From positions 620,001-684,000 of the forward strand of contig MU054026.1 of assembly GCA_013239625.1 (NCBI GenBank): a stretch of DNA of 64,000 bases, read 5' to 3'. The notes under the pieces were generated by a model. The model worked only from the letters and a program-made list of their open reading frames with translations, made no database searches and was not told the DNA's origin. The position numbers and the translations under genes are program-made. Every line of letters begins with the position of its first letter. Position 1 is the first letter of the stretch. The stretch is from Lama guanicoe (lineage: Eukaryota). This document shows positions 1 through 12,669 of this stretch, one piece after another.

Positions 1-1784
1 AACTCCTTCTATTTCTTAGAAATATGCATCATTGGCCCAAGGAGAACAAAGGAACACAGTGGGGATTTAGCCAAACTACAGTGTCCCCTCCCTTCTGGGA
101 GACAATGAATCATTTAGTGTGTATGGTGGATCAAGGCTGTCTTCATATGTAACAGTTAGTTTCAGTTTAATAGCCTGGGAATAGAAAAAGAATTTGCAAC
201 AAGATTTGGCTCCCTTCCAGCTGCTGCTGTGCAGTGATGTCCATAGTTAATGTCACTGACTGCCCGTTGCAGTTCAGTGTTCCCGTTCACTAAATGAGAT
301 TGGTAACACTCCATCAGATTTCTCGATGGGCAATGTCAGTGGAACCACATTCTCCTTTGGGTAGGACTGGCTGGGCCATCTGCTTCAGCAGGACAGCCGA
401 CTGTGTGTGTGCCTTCTCTTTCTTCATTATCAGGAGGTTGTTTCCTGCCTTTCTAAGTCTTCTAGGGCATGGCTTTGACCTTGCACCAACTTCTAGAGTT
501 GACCCTACTGAGACGCTCCTCTGAAAACCCTTAGACCTTGAGAAATGGCACAGTCCATAAATTAATGTAACCTCCAATATACAGTGAGGGTAATGTGGCA
601 TTTCTCCATGTCTGGACATCTTTGTCTGTATCATGAGTAATTTGATTCTAAACTTAGGGCACACAACCCAAAACAATGAGCCAATTTCCTCCCTTCATGG
701 TCTATGAAACCCTGTGGCAGGAAGTCCTTGTTAGGTGCTCACCCACATTAGCCAGGAGATCTTTGCTGACTCAAGTCCGTGTTTTGTCACATTGCGTTTC
801 TCTTGGTGAACCACCACCATTGAATCTGTGACCTGGACTTCTTGTTAAAGAGCATTATGGCCAAGACGTGTGCCTTAGGGACACGAGAAGGAAACCGAGG
901 TTATTTCTGAGGGTTCCTCATCAATCTCTTGGCTTTATAGATGAGAAAAAAAAATCCCTGTTCTGTAGTCATAAAACTTCGGGACACAACCAGGTCAGTG
1001 ACATTTGCAATCAGCCATGAAGTGAATCAGTCAACGGCGTTTCCGATGCCTTGTCTTATTCATGGTTGAGTCAGGCTAGTGAGTCAAAGGTAAAATGGGA
1101 ATCAGGAAGTCTAGGGTCTGCTGAGTCTGTCACAAATTTCTTTGTACCTCACTTTTGTAACCTGAATGATGCATATAAGTAAAGAATCAGACAAGATGTA
1201 GGCCACTTTGGGTCTCTTGCTTACAAAGATTCAGAGAATCCTGGAGGTACTTTCTAAACATAAAGCATGATGGTGTTTGCATCTTGCCTGATTAACAAGC
1301 TCACTGCCAAAGCCTGCCTGACCTCACTGGCCCTTTGCCCTCAGCAAGTGCCCTTCTGCAAGTTTGGTATCTTCGCCTGCTCCATTGCCCTGTGGGCTTT
1401 TTGAGAAGGCACCATAGATGCTAGAAACACCAGCCCACCTTTCTCCTTCTCCCATATTTTCATTAAAGGAAACGAGAACTTTTTAAAAAAAGCCTTTATG
1501 TCGGCTCTTAGGCTATCTGTTTGAATAATCTGATAATTTATTTGATGTCTAGTTTAACCCGATTTCACTTGCTTAAACAATGTTGCGAAGGCGTGGCAAT
1601 TAAGGCATGAAAGAGTGTGACACTGGAGGATGGAGGTTAAAAGGAGAGAACAGGAGCCCTAGCTTGATCAGCTGCTCCCCCAGCTTCTACACTTGCTGGC
1701 AAGCCCCTCGCATCTCCATGGAAACACCAGATGCGGTAGCATTTTAAAAATATCTCGATCAGCTTTGCAGTGGGGTCAGTCTCT

Positions 1785-1952
1785 AGAGCTGTGCCGTCCA
1801 AACAGACAGTTACTAACCACATATGGGTACCGAAAATTACAACAGAATTAAAACCCCAGTCCCTCAGCTGCGCTGGCGACATTTCCAGCGCTCAACAGAC
1901 ACACGTGGCTAGTGGCTACAGAACTGAACAGAAAGTTCCATCGGACAGTGTT
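1785..1952. mobile_element. hAT-Charlie MITE (MER3/MER33-like)
   Basis: Starts gagctgtgccgtccaa, contains cacgtggctagtggctac, ends gaaagttccatcggacagtg. Confidence 0.6.
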
Positions 1953-2202
1953 ATTCTAGAGACTGAAAATTAGGGGCTTCACTCAGATGATAAGTGCATC
2001 TTGGATAAGTGTCCAATACTTTCTTTAGAAATATTTTTTTCCCTCTGGATTTTTTTTTGGAAATATTATTTATTTATTTGTTTGCTTGTTTGTTTATGTA
2101 TTTATTCATTCATTCATTTATTGTTTTTACTGATCAGGTATTTGTGATTATAAAGCATGGGAAAGAATGTTTTCTCATCAAATTGATGATAGAAATGAAT
2201 TT

Positions 2203-2418
2203 ATAGATACTGACAGGGACTTATATAGAACAGATAAACAAGATTATACTGTATAGCACAGGGAAATACATTCACAATCTTGTGGTAGCTTAAGGTTGAA
2301 AAAAATAGGAAAATGAGTATATGTATGTTCATGTATGACTGAAGCACTGTGCTGTACACCAGAAATGGACACAACATTGTAAGCTGACTATAACTCAATA
2401 AAAAACAAACAAAAAAAG
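2203..2418 (+). mobile_element. 5'-truncated L1 3'UTR, camelid-type
   Basis: ctgtatagcacaggg...ctgtacaccagaaatggacacaacattgtaagctgactataactcaataaaaa followed by an A-rich tail. Confidence 0.85.
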
Positions 2419-3354
2419 TAGATAATAGACAGGGGAAAGGGGAGAGTGCCAATATTAGTGGAATGCTTCCCAGGTGTGTTAGGTATGGCCGTAGGTGTGT
2501 TAATATCACCGCACACACACAAAAGTCACCTCCCTTATTACACAGCAGATCTATGAGAGACGTCTTACAAATATCTCAATGTTTACAGATGGAGAAGGAG
2601 ATACAAGTCTTATGATTAACCAAAAAAAGTTCAAATTTAGCTTTGTCCAACAGAAAAGTTAGCTCCCCTAAGCAGTACAGACACACACACACACGCAGTT
2701 ACTGTCTTAAAATAAATATTAACTTCATTTTAGTTCTAGTAAGAAAGTACGTAGTACTTGGAGACCCTAAGCATAAAGTTTTAGACTTGTTTTTGCTTGG
2801 CTTATATGGAACTAAGAATGAGGATTAAAAAGAACTACTATCAAAGCAGGAATTGAACAAAATTTGCCATAATTAAAACTCCTTTTTCCATTTGGAAAAT
2901 CCTCCCTTCAGGACAAGATGAGAAACATTCAGTGGAAAATGCATGTAGCTGAAGACAGTCTTCAAAGAGACCGGGACAAGAAAGATGTAAAAGGGAAAAA
3001 CAGAAAAAATTCAGCTGTTTGCTCTAATTTCCTGACAGCGACCAGCTTCCCTGTATTTGTCATGCATAGCTTGAGAAATTCAGTCCTCAGATAAATCAGC
3101 TGGGACACACGGAGAAGAAAGGCCAGCGTATCTCAGATGTGTATGTTGACTCATTTAATTTCAAATGATTAAATGACTGAGATAAAAAGAGAAGCATGTA
3201 GCTAGCCCGGCCTATTCTTATGAACAAGGTAATGAAAGATCCTTTCAGCATAAGATGTCAGGCCATAGCTCACCAAGAAAGACTTCTTTCTGCAGCAGCA
3301 GAGAGTTTTTACCGAGTCTGGATGTAGCCTGTTCGGTTGCTCAGAAGATCCGTG

Positions 3355-3610
3355 TGGGAGGCAGTGGAGTGCAGTAGTTAATGACCTTGGCTCTGGAGCC
3401 AGATAGACGTGGGTTGAAATTGACTGCAGTACATACTAGTTGTATGGGCTTGGATACAGCTTCTTTCGTCTTTGGTCCTTCCCCTCCAAGGATGGAGACT
3501 CACCAGCTCCCACCTCTCTGGGTGGTGGTAACACTCAAGTGGAAGCCGCATGTGAAACATCTGGCACTCTGGCTGCATCAGATGCTCAGATTGAACTATT
3601 ACTGTTATTA
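3355..3610 (+). mobile_element. MIR SINE
   Basis: ggctctggagccagatagacgtgggttgaaat core and attactgttattatt tail. Confidence 0.75.
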
Positions 3611-3719
3611 TTAGCACATCATCTTAATTGAGCCTGAACTGCCTCTTTAGTCAGAACCCATTAATTTATTTGTCTCTGATTTATAAAGAACAAACCTACC
3701 CTCCCATACAGTCTCACAC

Positions 3720-3915
3720 ATTGATCAGATCTAGTTCTTTCAACCATTCCTCTTACAACAAGACTTTTTAGTGTGATTCTCTTTGGGGTAGTATCTGTGT
3801 TCCTCTCTTGTACATTAATGATTAACATTCATTTAGCAAATGTGAGTCTTAAAATGGAATTCAGCATTTCAGATATAGTGGGACAATGTCAGAGTACACT
3901 GGGATCGCTTCCTGG
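3720..3915 (-). mobile_element. CR1/L3 LINE fragment
   Basis: cagcatttcagatatagtgggacaatgtcagagtacactgggat resembles the reverse strand of L3. Confidence 0.45.
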
Positions 3916-4302
3916 AATTTAGATCAGACAGCTTTGTGAACAACAGGCAAAGTTACTTTATTTCTTTTAAAAATTAAGGAAGATAGAGTAGATATACTTT
4001 CATCTATTCTTCCCATTAAGTATGATTGAAAATTCTGGACATAATATACATAAGAAATTTTTAAAAAGACCCTGAAAGATGGAGAGAAGAAGGAAGACCA
4101 ACAAGGGAACTTGGGACACAAAGAATGACAGAGCGGTGGGGTCTCTGGGTTTCCTTTTTGAGATTTTATGTATCTCAGATTGGGTTCTAGAGAAGCTGAC
4201 AACCCAGGAGTGCTAATGGGTACAGACCATGAAAATCCCTGATAAAACCCTGTTTTCTCTAGTTAAAGGAACTGGATGGCAATTAGAGACCTTCTCTTGC
4301 AG

Positions 4303-4650
4303 CCTTGGTCTGGTTAGGCTGTCATAACAAAGTACCACGGCTTGGTGCTTAAACAGCAGACATTTGTTTCTCACAGTTCTGGAGAATGGAAATCTGAGAT
4401 CAGCACACCAGCATGGTCACGTTCTGATGACCTCTCTCTTCCTGGCTTGCAGAGAGCTGCCTTCATGTTGTGTTCTCACATGGTGGAGAGAGAGAGGGCA
4501 AGCTCTCTGGTGTCCCTTCAGATAAGGGCACTAATTCAACAGACCAGAGCCCCTGCCCTTGACTTGATTACCTCCCAAAGTCCCCATCTCCAAAGGCCAC
4601 CACATTGAGGATTAGGGATTCAACATATAAATTTTGGGAGGACACACAAT
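4303..4650 (-). mobile_element. MaLR solo LTR (MLT1A-like)
   Basis: ggctgtcataacaaagtaccac...catttgtttctcacagttctggag...gattagggattcaacatataaattttgggaggacacacaa. Confidence 0.85.
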
Positions 4651-5884
4651 TGGGTTGTTGTCAGGGGAGGCCTAGTGGAGAGTCAAAACCTTTATCACAC
4701 CCCAGAAGTAATGAGGCCACCCCCCTTCCACCCTGTGGTGTCAGCAGAGACAGCATGGGAACCAGCAACAAAGCAGTTTTACCGGTCCCAGCCAAAGAGG
4801 TACCATGCACTGAATGTAAATGATATTGATACATCAATTAAAGGACAGGCATCGGCAGAGTTGATTAAGAAGACATCACTCAACTACATGCTGTCTACGA
4901 GAAACTCACTTCAGATATAGGACATAGGCAAGTTAAATGTAAAATATGGGGGAAAAGATATATTATATAAACATTAATCAAAATAAAGAATAGCTGTATT
5001 AGTATTCGATAAAGTAGGGGACACACTAAGAAATCACAGAAACCCTAAATGCATTTGTATTAAACATCAGTCACGAAATACATAAAACAGAAACTGAAAG
5101 AAGAAATAGACAAATCCACAATGGTATTAGCTGTGCATCAACGGTCCTGTATCAACAATGGGTGGGACAACTAGATATGAAATCAGCAAAGATACACAAG
5201 CACTCCATAGCATCACCGACCAACAAGAGCTAAATAATATTTATAGTGCAATTCAGCCAGTGAGAACAGATAAACATCCTTTTCAAGCGCCCACAGCACA
5301 GACACCAAGGTAGACCACATCCTGAACTGTACAACAAATCTCCACAAATTCAAAGGAATTAAAATCATCCACTGTATGTTCTCTGAACACAAATAAAATT
5401 AGAAGTCTATAACAGAAGGACCACAGGAAAATCTCCAAATGCTTGGGAACTAAACAACAAATCTCTGAATAATGTCTTGAGGGAAATAAAAAGTATATTG
5501 AACTGAATTAAAGTAGAAATACAATTTATCAAAATTTGTGGGGCACAGCTAAAGCGGTGCTGAGGTGAAAAATGTTACCTTTAAATGCTTAAATAAGGGA
5601 AGAAAAAAAATCTCAGATCAATAATTTAAGCACCTATTTCAAAAACCCAGAATAAGGAAAGCAAAATAAATAAACTTAAAGCAAGAGGAAGGGAGGAAAT
5701 AATAAAGATCAGAGCAGAAATCAATGAAATTGGAAATGAAAAATAAAAAATATATATATATAAAATCAATTTAAAAAGAGCTTTTTTTTTTGAAAAGCTT
5801 AATACAATTGACAAATCTGTAGCAATACTGACAAAGAACAAAAGAGAGCTTACAAATAAATTAACTCATATCAAGAATGAAACA

Positions 5885-6446
5885 AAATGTCCATCAACAG
5901 GTGACTGGATAAAGAAGATGTGGTATATTTATACAATGGAATACTACTCAGCGATAAAAACCGACAACATAATGCCATTTGCAGCAACATGGATGCTCCT
6001 AGAGAATGTCATTAATGTCATAGTGAAGTAAACCAGAAAGAGAAAAAAAAAATACCATATGAGATCGCTCATATGTGGAATCTAAAAAACAAAAACAAAC
6101 AAACAAACAAAAACAAAGCATAAATACAGGACAGAAATAGACTCATGGACAGAGAATACAGACTTGTGGTTACCGGGGTGGGGGGCGGGGTAGAGGGTGG
6201 GAAGGGATAGACTGGGGTTTCAAAATTGTAGAATAGATAAACAAGATTACACTGTATAGCACAGGGAAATATACACAAAATGTTATGATAAATCACAGAG
6301 AAAAAAATGTGTGTATATGTCCATGAATGACTGAAAAATTGTGCTGAACACTGGAATTTGACACAACATTGTAAAATGATTATAAATCAATAAAAAATGT
6401 TAAAAAAATAAATTAACCTATACAGGTAATAAAATTCAAAAAAAAA
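5885..6446 (+). mobile_element. Young 5'-truncated L1 with 12-bp TSD and a short 3' extension
   Basis: TSD aagaatgaaaca at 5873-5884 and 6447-6458; ORF2 end (atgccatttgcagcaacatggatg), G-rich 3'UTR, poly(A). Confidence 0.93.
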
Positions 6447-7499
6447 AAGAATGAAACAGAGGGCATAATCACAGACCATGAAGACATTAAAAGGACAATC
6501 AGAGATTGCTACAACTACCTCTACAAATGTATTTGATAACTTCAATGGATGCTACCAATTCCTCAAGAATACAAGCTATTTTGACTCACAAATATGAAAT
6601 GGATATTTTGAATAGTCCCATAATTTATAAGATAATTGAATTTGTAATTGAACGGCCACCTAAAAAGAAATCCCTACTTCCATGGTGTTTAGCGGAGACT
6701 TTCATCAAATATTCAACAAAGAATTAACATGAATTGTATAATCTTTTCCAGAAAATGGGTGAAGAGAGAATACTTTTCTTATTCTATGAGATCAGTATTA
6801 ACTTGATAACAGAATCTGACAAGCACACAAACACACACACACAAACTTTTTGAAAAGAAAAGACAATGATGTTTCTCATGAACTTAGACACAAAAGTCCT
6901 CAATAAAATTTTGGAAAATTGAATCCAGTGATGTGTTCAGGTGGCATTTATTTTGGGTATGCCATACTCCTTTCTTCACCAATTCATAGTCTCAGTTCCC
7001 TCACACTTCCTTGCTCCCTCCTTGAAAATCTATTCCTTAGCAAAGGGTAAAAGCAATCATGTACCTCAAAGGCTACATTTAATCTCTTGTTTATGGTCCC
7101 CAGCTCAACGGCCATTTCAGCCGCATTTCTAATTTAGGGAAAAAAAAAAGTTCTGGCTCCCTAGACAAAGGGAGCTCAGGTATAAATGAAGTAGAAGAAG
7201 ATGACTTATGAGCAAGTGTCCCTTACCCCGAGATTCTAGAATTGTCCATTCTAGGTCGTTGGTTCTGTTTGAAGAGTCAGTAATGTGGAGTCTCCGTATT
7301 GCCATTCAGAAGCTTCTGGGGGCCGTGATTTGTCCCTTTTAATTGCTGAGTCTATGGTACTAAAAATTCTTCAATAATGCAGCCTGAGATCCATCTTGAC
7401 TGCCTATTCTTTTTAATCACTTCCACAGTCAAGCTTATGCTTCTAAGTGACTTTTATTGCTAGTCAGTGATAGCTTCTAAGAAAGCCACATTTAAAGAC

Positions 7500-8510
7500 A
7501 GGGACTCCCACGAGGACACCAAAATTATAACTATTTACAGAGTGACTATCTAAGTGAACACCCTGAAGACTAGTTGTGGAAGATCTTTTCTACTAAAGAC
7601 AGAAAGAAGGAACCACAGCAAGATGGGTAGGAGGGGCATAAACAATATAGTCAAGACCCACCCATGGGTAGGTGAACCATGAACAGGAGAATAGTCACAA
7701 TTGCAGGGTTTCTTCCCAAGGAGGGAAGGGTCCACCCCTTCATCAGGCTTCCAAGTCCAGGGGTCCTGAGCCAGAAAGGATGCTTGATACAATTTCATCT
7801 TCTTAATTCTGTTGGGTCTTGGTTGTGGCATAATGTGTTCTATCCTAGGAAATGCTCTACATATACTTGAAAAGAATGTGTATTCTACTGCTTTGGGATG
7901 GAATAGTCTATACACACATACACACACACACACACACACACATCTTTTCTGATCAAAATGGCATGAGACTAGAAACCAGCTACAAGAAAAAAACTGCAAA
8001 AAACATAAACATATGGAGGATAAGCGATATGCTAACCAACCAATAAGTCATGGAGAAAATAAAAAAAGAAATAAAAACATATTTGGAGAAAATCCATGGG
8101 ACACAGCAAACGCAGTTGTGGGAGGGACTTTAGAGAAACTTCAGGAAACAAGAGAAATCTCAAATAAACAGCCCAACCTTACACTGAAAGGAACTAGAAA
8201 AAAGGACAAGGAAACCAAAACTAGTAGAAGGAAAGAAATGAAAAAGATCAGAGCATAAATAAATCAAATACAGACTGAAAAAAAAAACAATAGAAAAGAT
8301 CAATGAAAGTCAGGGCAGTTTCTTTGAAAAAAAAGAAAAATGGACAAAATTGATAAAGCTTTATCCAGACTTATAAGAAAAGAGAGATGGCCCAAATAAA
8401 TAAAATCAGAAATTAAAGAGGAGAAGTTACAAATGACACCACAGAGATACAAAGGATCATAAGACATTAATGTGAACAATTATGTGCCAATAAAATGGAT
8501 AACTTAGAGA
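7500..8510 (+). mobile_element. Rearranged L1: 5'UTR fragment, inverted endonuclease piece (7777-7910), then forward ORF2 fragment
   Basis: L1 5'UTR-like ccacgaggacaccaaaattataactatttacagag; minus-strand YTFFSS..PRIEHIM; forward catcttttctgatcaaaatggcatgagactagaa. Confidence 0.8.
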
Positions 8511-8539
8511 TTTGGATGGTAGACCAATTTCTTTTTCAC

Positions 8540-8960
8540 ATTAAAAGATTTAAAAACTTAAATTAATTTATGGATACATACTTATAAAAAAGTTCCAAGC
8601 TACAGACAGGCATTAGGATAAAAAAGTTACAATCTTCTCTCTGTTAAAAAAAAATGCCAGTATAGCATTCCATACTGTAGATGAAACATGATTTAACCCT
8701 AGAGTTTGTCACCATTTTTTTCCTGTGTGACAAACAATGCAGTAATGAACATTCTCTTGCATGTGTTTTTGGGAAATTGTGCAAGTATTTGGTAGATTTC
8801 TAGAAGCAGAATTTCAGGATCAAATAATATGTTCATAAGTCACATTGATAAATAATATTAAATTGCCTCTTAAAAAGCTGTATCCATTTATAATACCACT
8901 CACTTCCCATACCTCTGTGAGCACTGGATTTGGTCAGTCTTCAAAATTTCTGCCAATGTA
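8540..8960 (-). mobile_element. Old L1 (L1ME-like) 3' fragment
   Basis: acaaacaatgcagtaatgaacattctcttgcatgtg...ttctagaagcagaatttcaggatc. Confidence 0.65.
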
Positions 8961-10519
8961 GCCTCGTCTTTCACAGTAATTTTTCCTAAGATCTTAAGCA
9001 ATGTTTTAATTTTATCCTGTAAGCAGAACCTATAAAATGGGTTCATAAATCCTACTTCAGGAGAATTGTGAAGCTCAAAGAGGGAATGAACACAGAGGGT
9101 AATTGTTGCCCATTTTCATGGAAACTCAGACTAGAATCACACTCACAAATGTGTTCTGAAATGTGGTTTTCAATCAATTCTTCTTCTTCCAAGGCTGTTC
9201 ACGGGATGTAGATTGTAAAGCTTTTAGAAGCATGAAGACCTCGCATGCCACAGTTTCCACGCCATATATGCACAGTCATTGACACAGCTTCATGGAGCAG
9301 GTGCTAAAGTGATGCTGTGACACCGTCTGAGTTTACTTGGGTGGTTCGTGTTTCCTGGGTATAAGCCTCCATTTTCCACGTGCAGTTCACAGAGCAGAGT
9401 GTACTCTGTAAGTTCTTAATAAGACCATGTAATCCTCTTTGAGAAATGCCGGAGTAAGGCTAAAAATGCGCCTGCATTTTTTTTCTGGAGAGTCCTCACC
9501 TGAAGGCTGATCCAGATCATTGTCACTTCCAGGAAGCCTTCCTTGATTACTTACAGTTAGCAGTTCCTCCTCCCATTTCTAAATTTCTCCAGCAGTTGGT
9601 TTGCAAGTCTCGTGGTACCTAATCTCATGTTGCCTTATGAACAGGCACTTGCAGACAGTAATAATCAAAGGCAAAAATAAAGTGATCTTTGTATCTTCTT
9701 GCCATCAGCAGTGACTGGTAAATTTTAAATAAATGAGTGATTTTTAAGCTGTAGACATTCAGAGGAGAGATCTGTCAGTGTAAGTTGAGATAATTAGAGG
9801 AGACGTAAACATGAGATCGGATTTTTCAGGATTCTGTGTTCAGCTACCCAGTCTCCCTGCTTGTGGGTTGTGTCTGGAAGTATTTGAAGTATTTCCTAAG
9901 AATGCTTGCAGACGAGGTAGCCAAAATCTTAAATGTGGCACTTAATATTATAGGGCACTGGGTGGGATCTGTCTGCAATTTGTTTGATGCCACAGCACAG
10001 CTGCATAACATTTTATGGGCCCATTTAATACAGTGGGGTTTCCCATTTTCACAGAGACTCATTAAAAATATTATTAAGCTATCAAGTGTTTACAACCTGA
10101 TCATGTGGCTGTAAGGACAAATGTTCTCTTCATGGCAGACGTGAAGGCCGAGGACCATTCCCACCTTCACAGAGCAGATTTTGCTCTTGGTTTTTCATCC
10201 CAGATATAGCTACCTAATTCACAACTTTGCCTTTTTCAGAAGAAAAAAATTCTCATGTTTACTGTTTGGGAAGAGACTTGATTCTTGAAGGAAGATTACA
10301 GCTTCATATGAACTCCCAGAAGATTTCTCTCCTTCTCTGCACCAGGTTTCAGAGGGACAACTGTGGACTATCCATATACTTAAGGGTAGGTGTTTTCCAG
10401 AATGTTCCTAATACTGCCCAGAGCATTGCTCAAACTGGCAGGAGCAGAAGGCAAGTCAGGAAACATCGCAATATCCAGATGAGCCTCTGGATGTCCATTC
10501 AAGCTCAAGCACTTGCAGA

Positions 10520-10942
10520 TGGATTTCGAGTACGTCTCAAGCACACTTGTGCCTCAGGGCCTTTGCACCTGCAGTTCCTTCGACCTAGAATATTCCTCCT
10601 CCAGATACCTGTGGGGTTTACTTTCTCACTTCATTCTGCTCTCTGCATGGATGTGACCTTACCAGCCAGTGCTTTCCTGACTACCCAGAATAAATTAGCA
10701 TCCCACTTCCCACCTTACCCCATCCCACAATCCTGCACTTTACCCCCTTTGCTTTAATTTCTGTTCACAGTACCACCACCACTTGACATAATATATATTT
10801 ATTTATTAATTAATTTACTCTCTATCTCCACCTATTAAAAGCTATATTCCAGAAAGACAGGTAGGTTTGTTTATTTTCAAATTACAGTATCCCCAGGATT
10901 TTGAACAATACCTGGAACTAAATAAATATGTGTTGAATGAAA
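10520..10942 (+). mobile_element. L2 LINE 3' end
   Basis: gcctcagggcctttgcacctgcagttcctt...aataaatatgtgttgaatgaa. Confidence 0.8.
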
Positions 10943-10999
10943 ATAAAGTTCTTTAAGGCGCTAGAAAAGAATACCTGTTTAGTGCTCGAGGAGACCTTA

Positions 11000-11140
11000 G
11001 AGATAAGTTAGTGCAATTCTTCCCCTTTACAGAGGCAGAAACTGAAGATCAGCGAGGTGGTGTGACCCCTGAGGTGACTCGGTGATCAGTGGCAGAGCTG
11101 GGACCCAAACCTGCTGGTCTGATGTCCAGACCACACCCTG
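11000..11140 (-). mobile_element. MIR SINE
   Basis: tttacagaggcagaaactgaag...gtggcagagctgggacccaaacc. Confidence 0.75.
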
Positions 11141-12509
11141 CGCCACGTGGCCATCTCAACTCTAGTCGAGAAGTTCTGTCTCTCATTTTAAACCTTTTGG
11201 CAAGGAAAAAGAAAAGCCAGTTTCCTTTTAAGAGAATGCAATCAAGATAGGTGTCAGGGGATATGATTATTTTCCAGGGCAAAGAGCGAGTCCTACGTTA
11301 TTGAGCACCTAGGGATAAACCTTCTGTGTCTCCTCAAAGTATTTAATGTATAGTGTTGTTGCTGTTGTAACCAAAGCAATTGAGCAAGCAGGAAACATAC
11401 TGAGAAATCAATATCCCTCGCCACTTAATAACGACATATCATTTTGTCAGATGGAATGCCGCAGCACGGTGGCAGCTCACGCCATTTGTTCTCGATGGTG
11501 ACACTCTGTGCAGTGTAACAACGCATCATGCATAGTTAGCAGGTGGTGAGTCCTTTCCAACAGGTTGATAGGAAAGTTCACCCAGAAATGCACCCTATTC
11601 TGAATGGCTTGATGAGAGCCACCCCAGCGCAAGAAGTTGAGAATGTTTCGGAGAATGGCATTCCAATGTGTCACCTTTTCCCTGGGGCTGAGATCAACCT
11701 CAGCTGAGCCCCCTCAGCCCTGATAATGCCTCTGTGAAGCTAGCGACCTTGTGAACCTCTGCGTACACTCTCTCCTTCCCTTTTGGGGAGTCTCAGGGCC
11801 ATTTCTGTGCTGGTGATGACCTCCTGCTTTCTTTCACCAATTCATGTCTTTTCTGTCCTCCATGACCCTATTCAAACCCACATTTGACAGCTGTTTTCCA
11901 GAACTGCATGTTGTAATTCCTTTACATTGCTCCTGCATCCCAGGCCCTCACATTCTGCAATGCTGTCTGGGCTGCATTCCTGCCCATTCTTGCTTGTGAA
12001 TGTACCGCTGGGGTCCAGTCATGTCAGTGTCTACCACGCGTCATGGGGAAGGAGGGAAGGAAAGCATAAGTGTCTTTCTCTCCAGGAGTTTACAAGCTTC
12101 TTGTAAAGGAAGTCTGATATGAAGCAATTAAAGGGCAAGTGATGGTAAACTGTGTAGCGTTGACAAGATGCATCTCTGTCATGCATGTGAAAGCATATAG
12201 TTTAGCAGCAAAAACAGGAAAGTTTTGGCGTCTAAATCTGGCTTTAAACTTCCTTCTGCTACTTTTCTATCTACACAACCTCGGACAAGTGACTTCTTCT
12301 GCAAGATTAATCTTGGCCTCAGCCCAAAGTCCCTTCCTGCTGTTGCACCTCCAGTTGGATCCAGGTTCCTCAGGGGCAGAATTGCTCAATTCTTGTTATC
12401 ATTGGACATCCCATGGGGATAATGAAGAAGAAACAGTTGTCTGTCAAGAGCAACTTGAAGGGCACCAGGAGACTCCCCCAGCTGACTCCTGAAAATATAC
12501 CCTTAGTTA

Positions 12510-12669
12510 TTTTTAAAAAATATTTCATTTATTTATTATTGTATTTTTTTTTATTTTGCTAGGGGAGGTGTAATTAGATTTGTTTATTTTTAGAGGAGGT
12601 ACTGAGGATTGAACCCAGGACCTCGTGCATGCGAAGCCCGCGCTCTGCCACTTGAGCTACACCCTCCCC
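12510..12669 (-). mobile_element. tRNA-derived SINE (Vic-1-like)
   Basis: Reverse complement ggggagggtgtagctcaagtggcagagcg...gtcctgggttcaatcctcagtacctcc has A and B boxes, then taattacacctcccc and an A-rich tail. Confidence 0.88.

Larger units (their letters stand above)
3960..6965 (+). mobile_element. Old L1 (L1MC/L1M4-like) 5' region plus decayed ORF2, interrupted by an MLT1 LTR and a young L1
   Basis: Near 5280-5395 translates to SSAHSTDTKVDHILNCTTNLHKFKGIKIIHCMFSEH, matching the L1 endonuclease domain; later ataaagatcagagcagaaatcaatgaaat. Confidence 0.85.

Noticed and set aside
200..900. Possible decayed coding sequence or second viral fossil on the minus strand
   Set aside because: The frames I translated showed no recognisable family motif.
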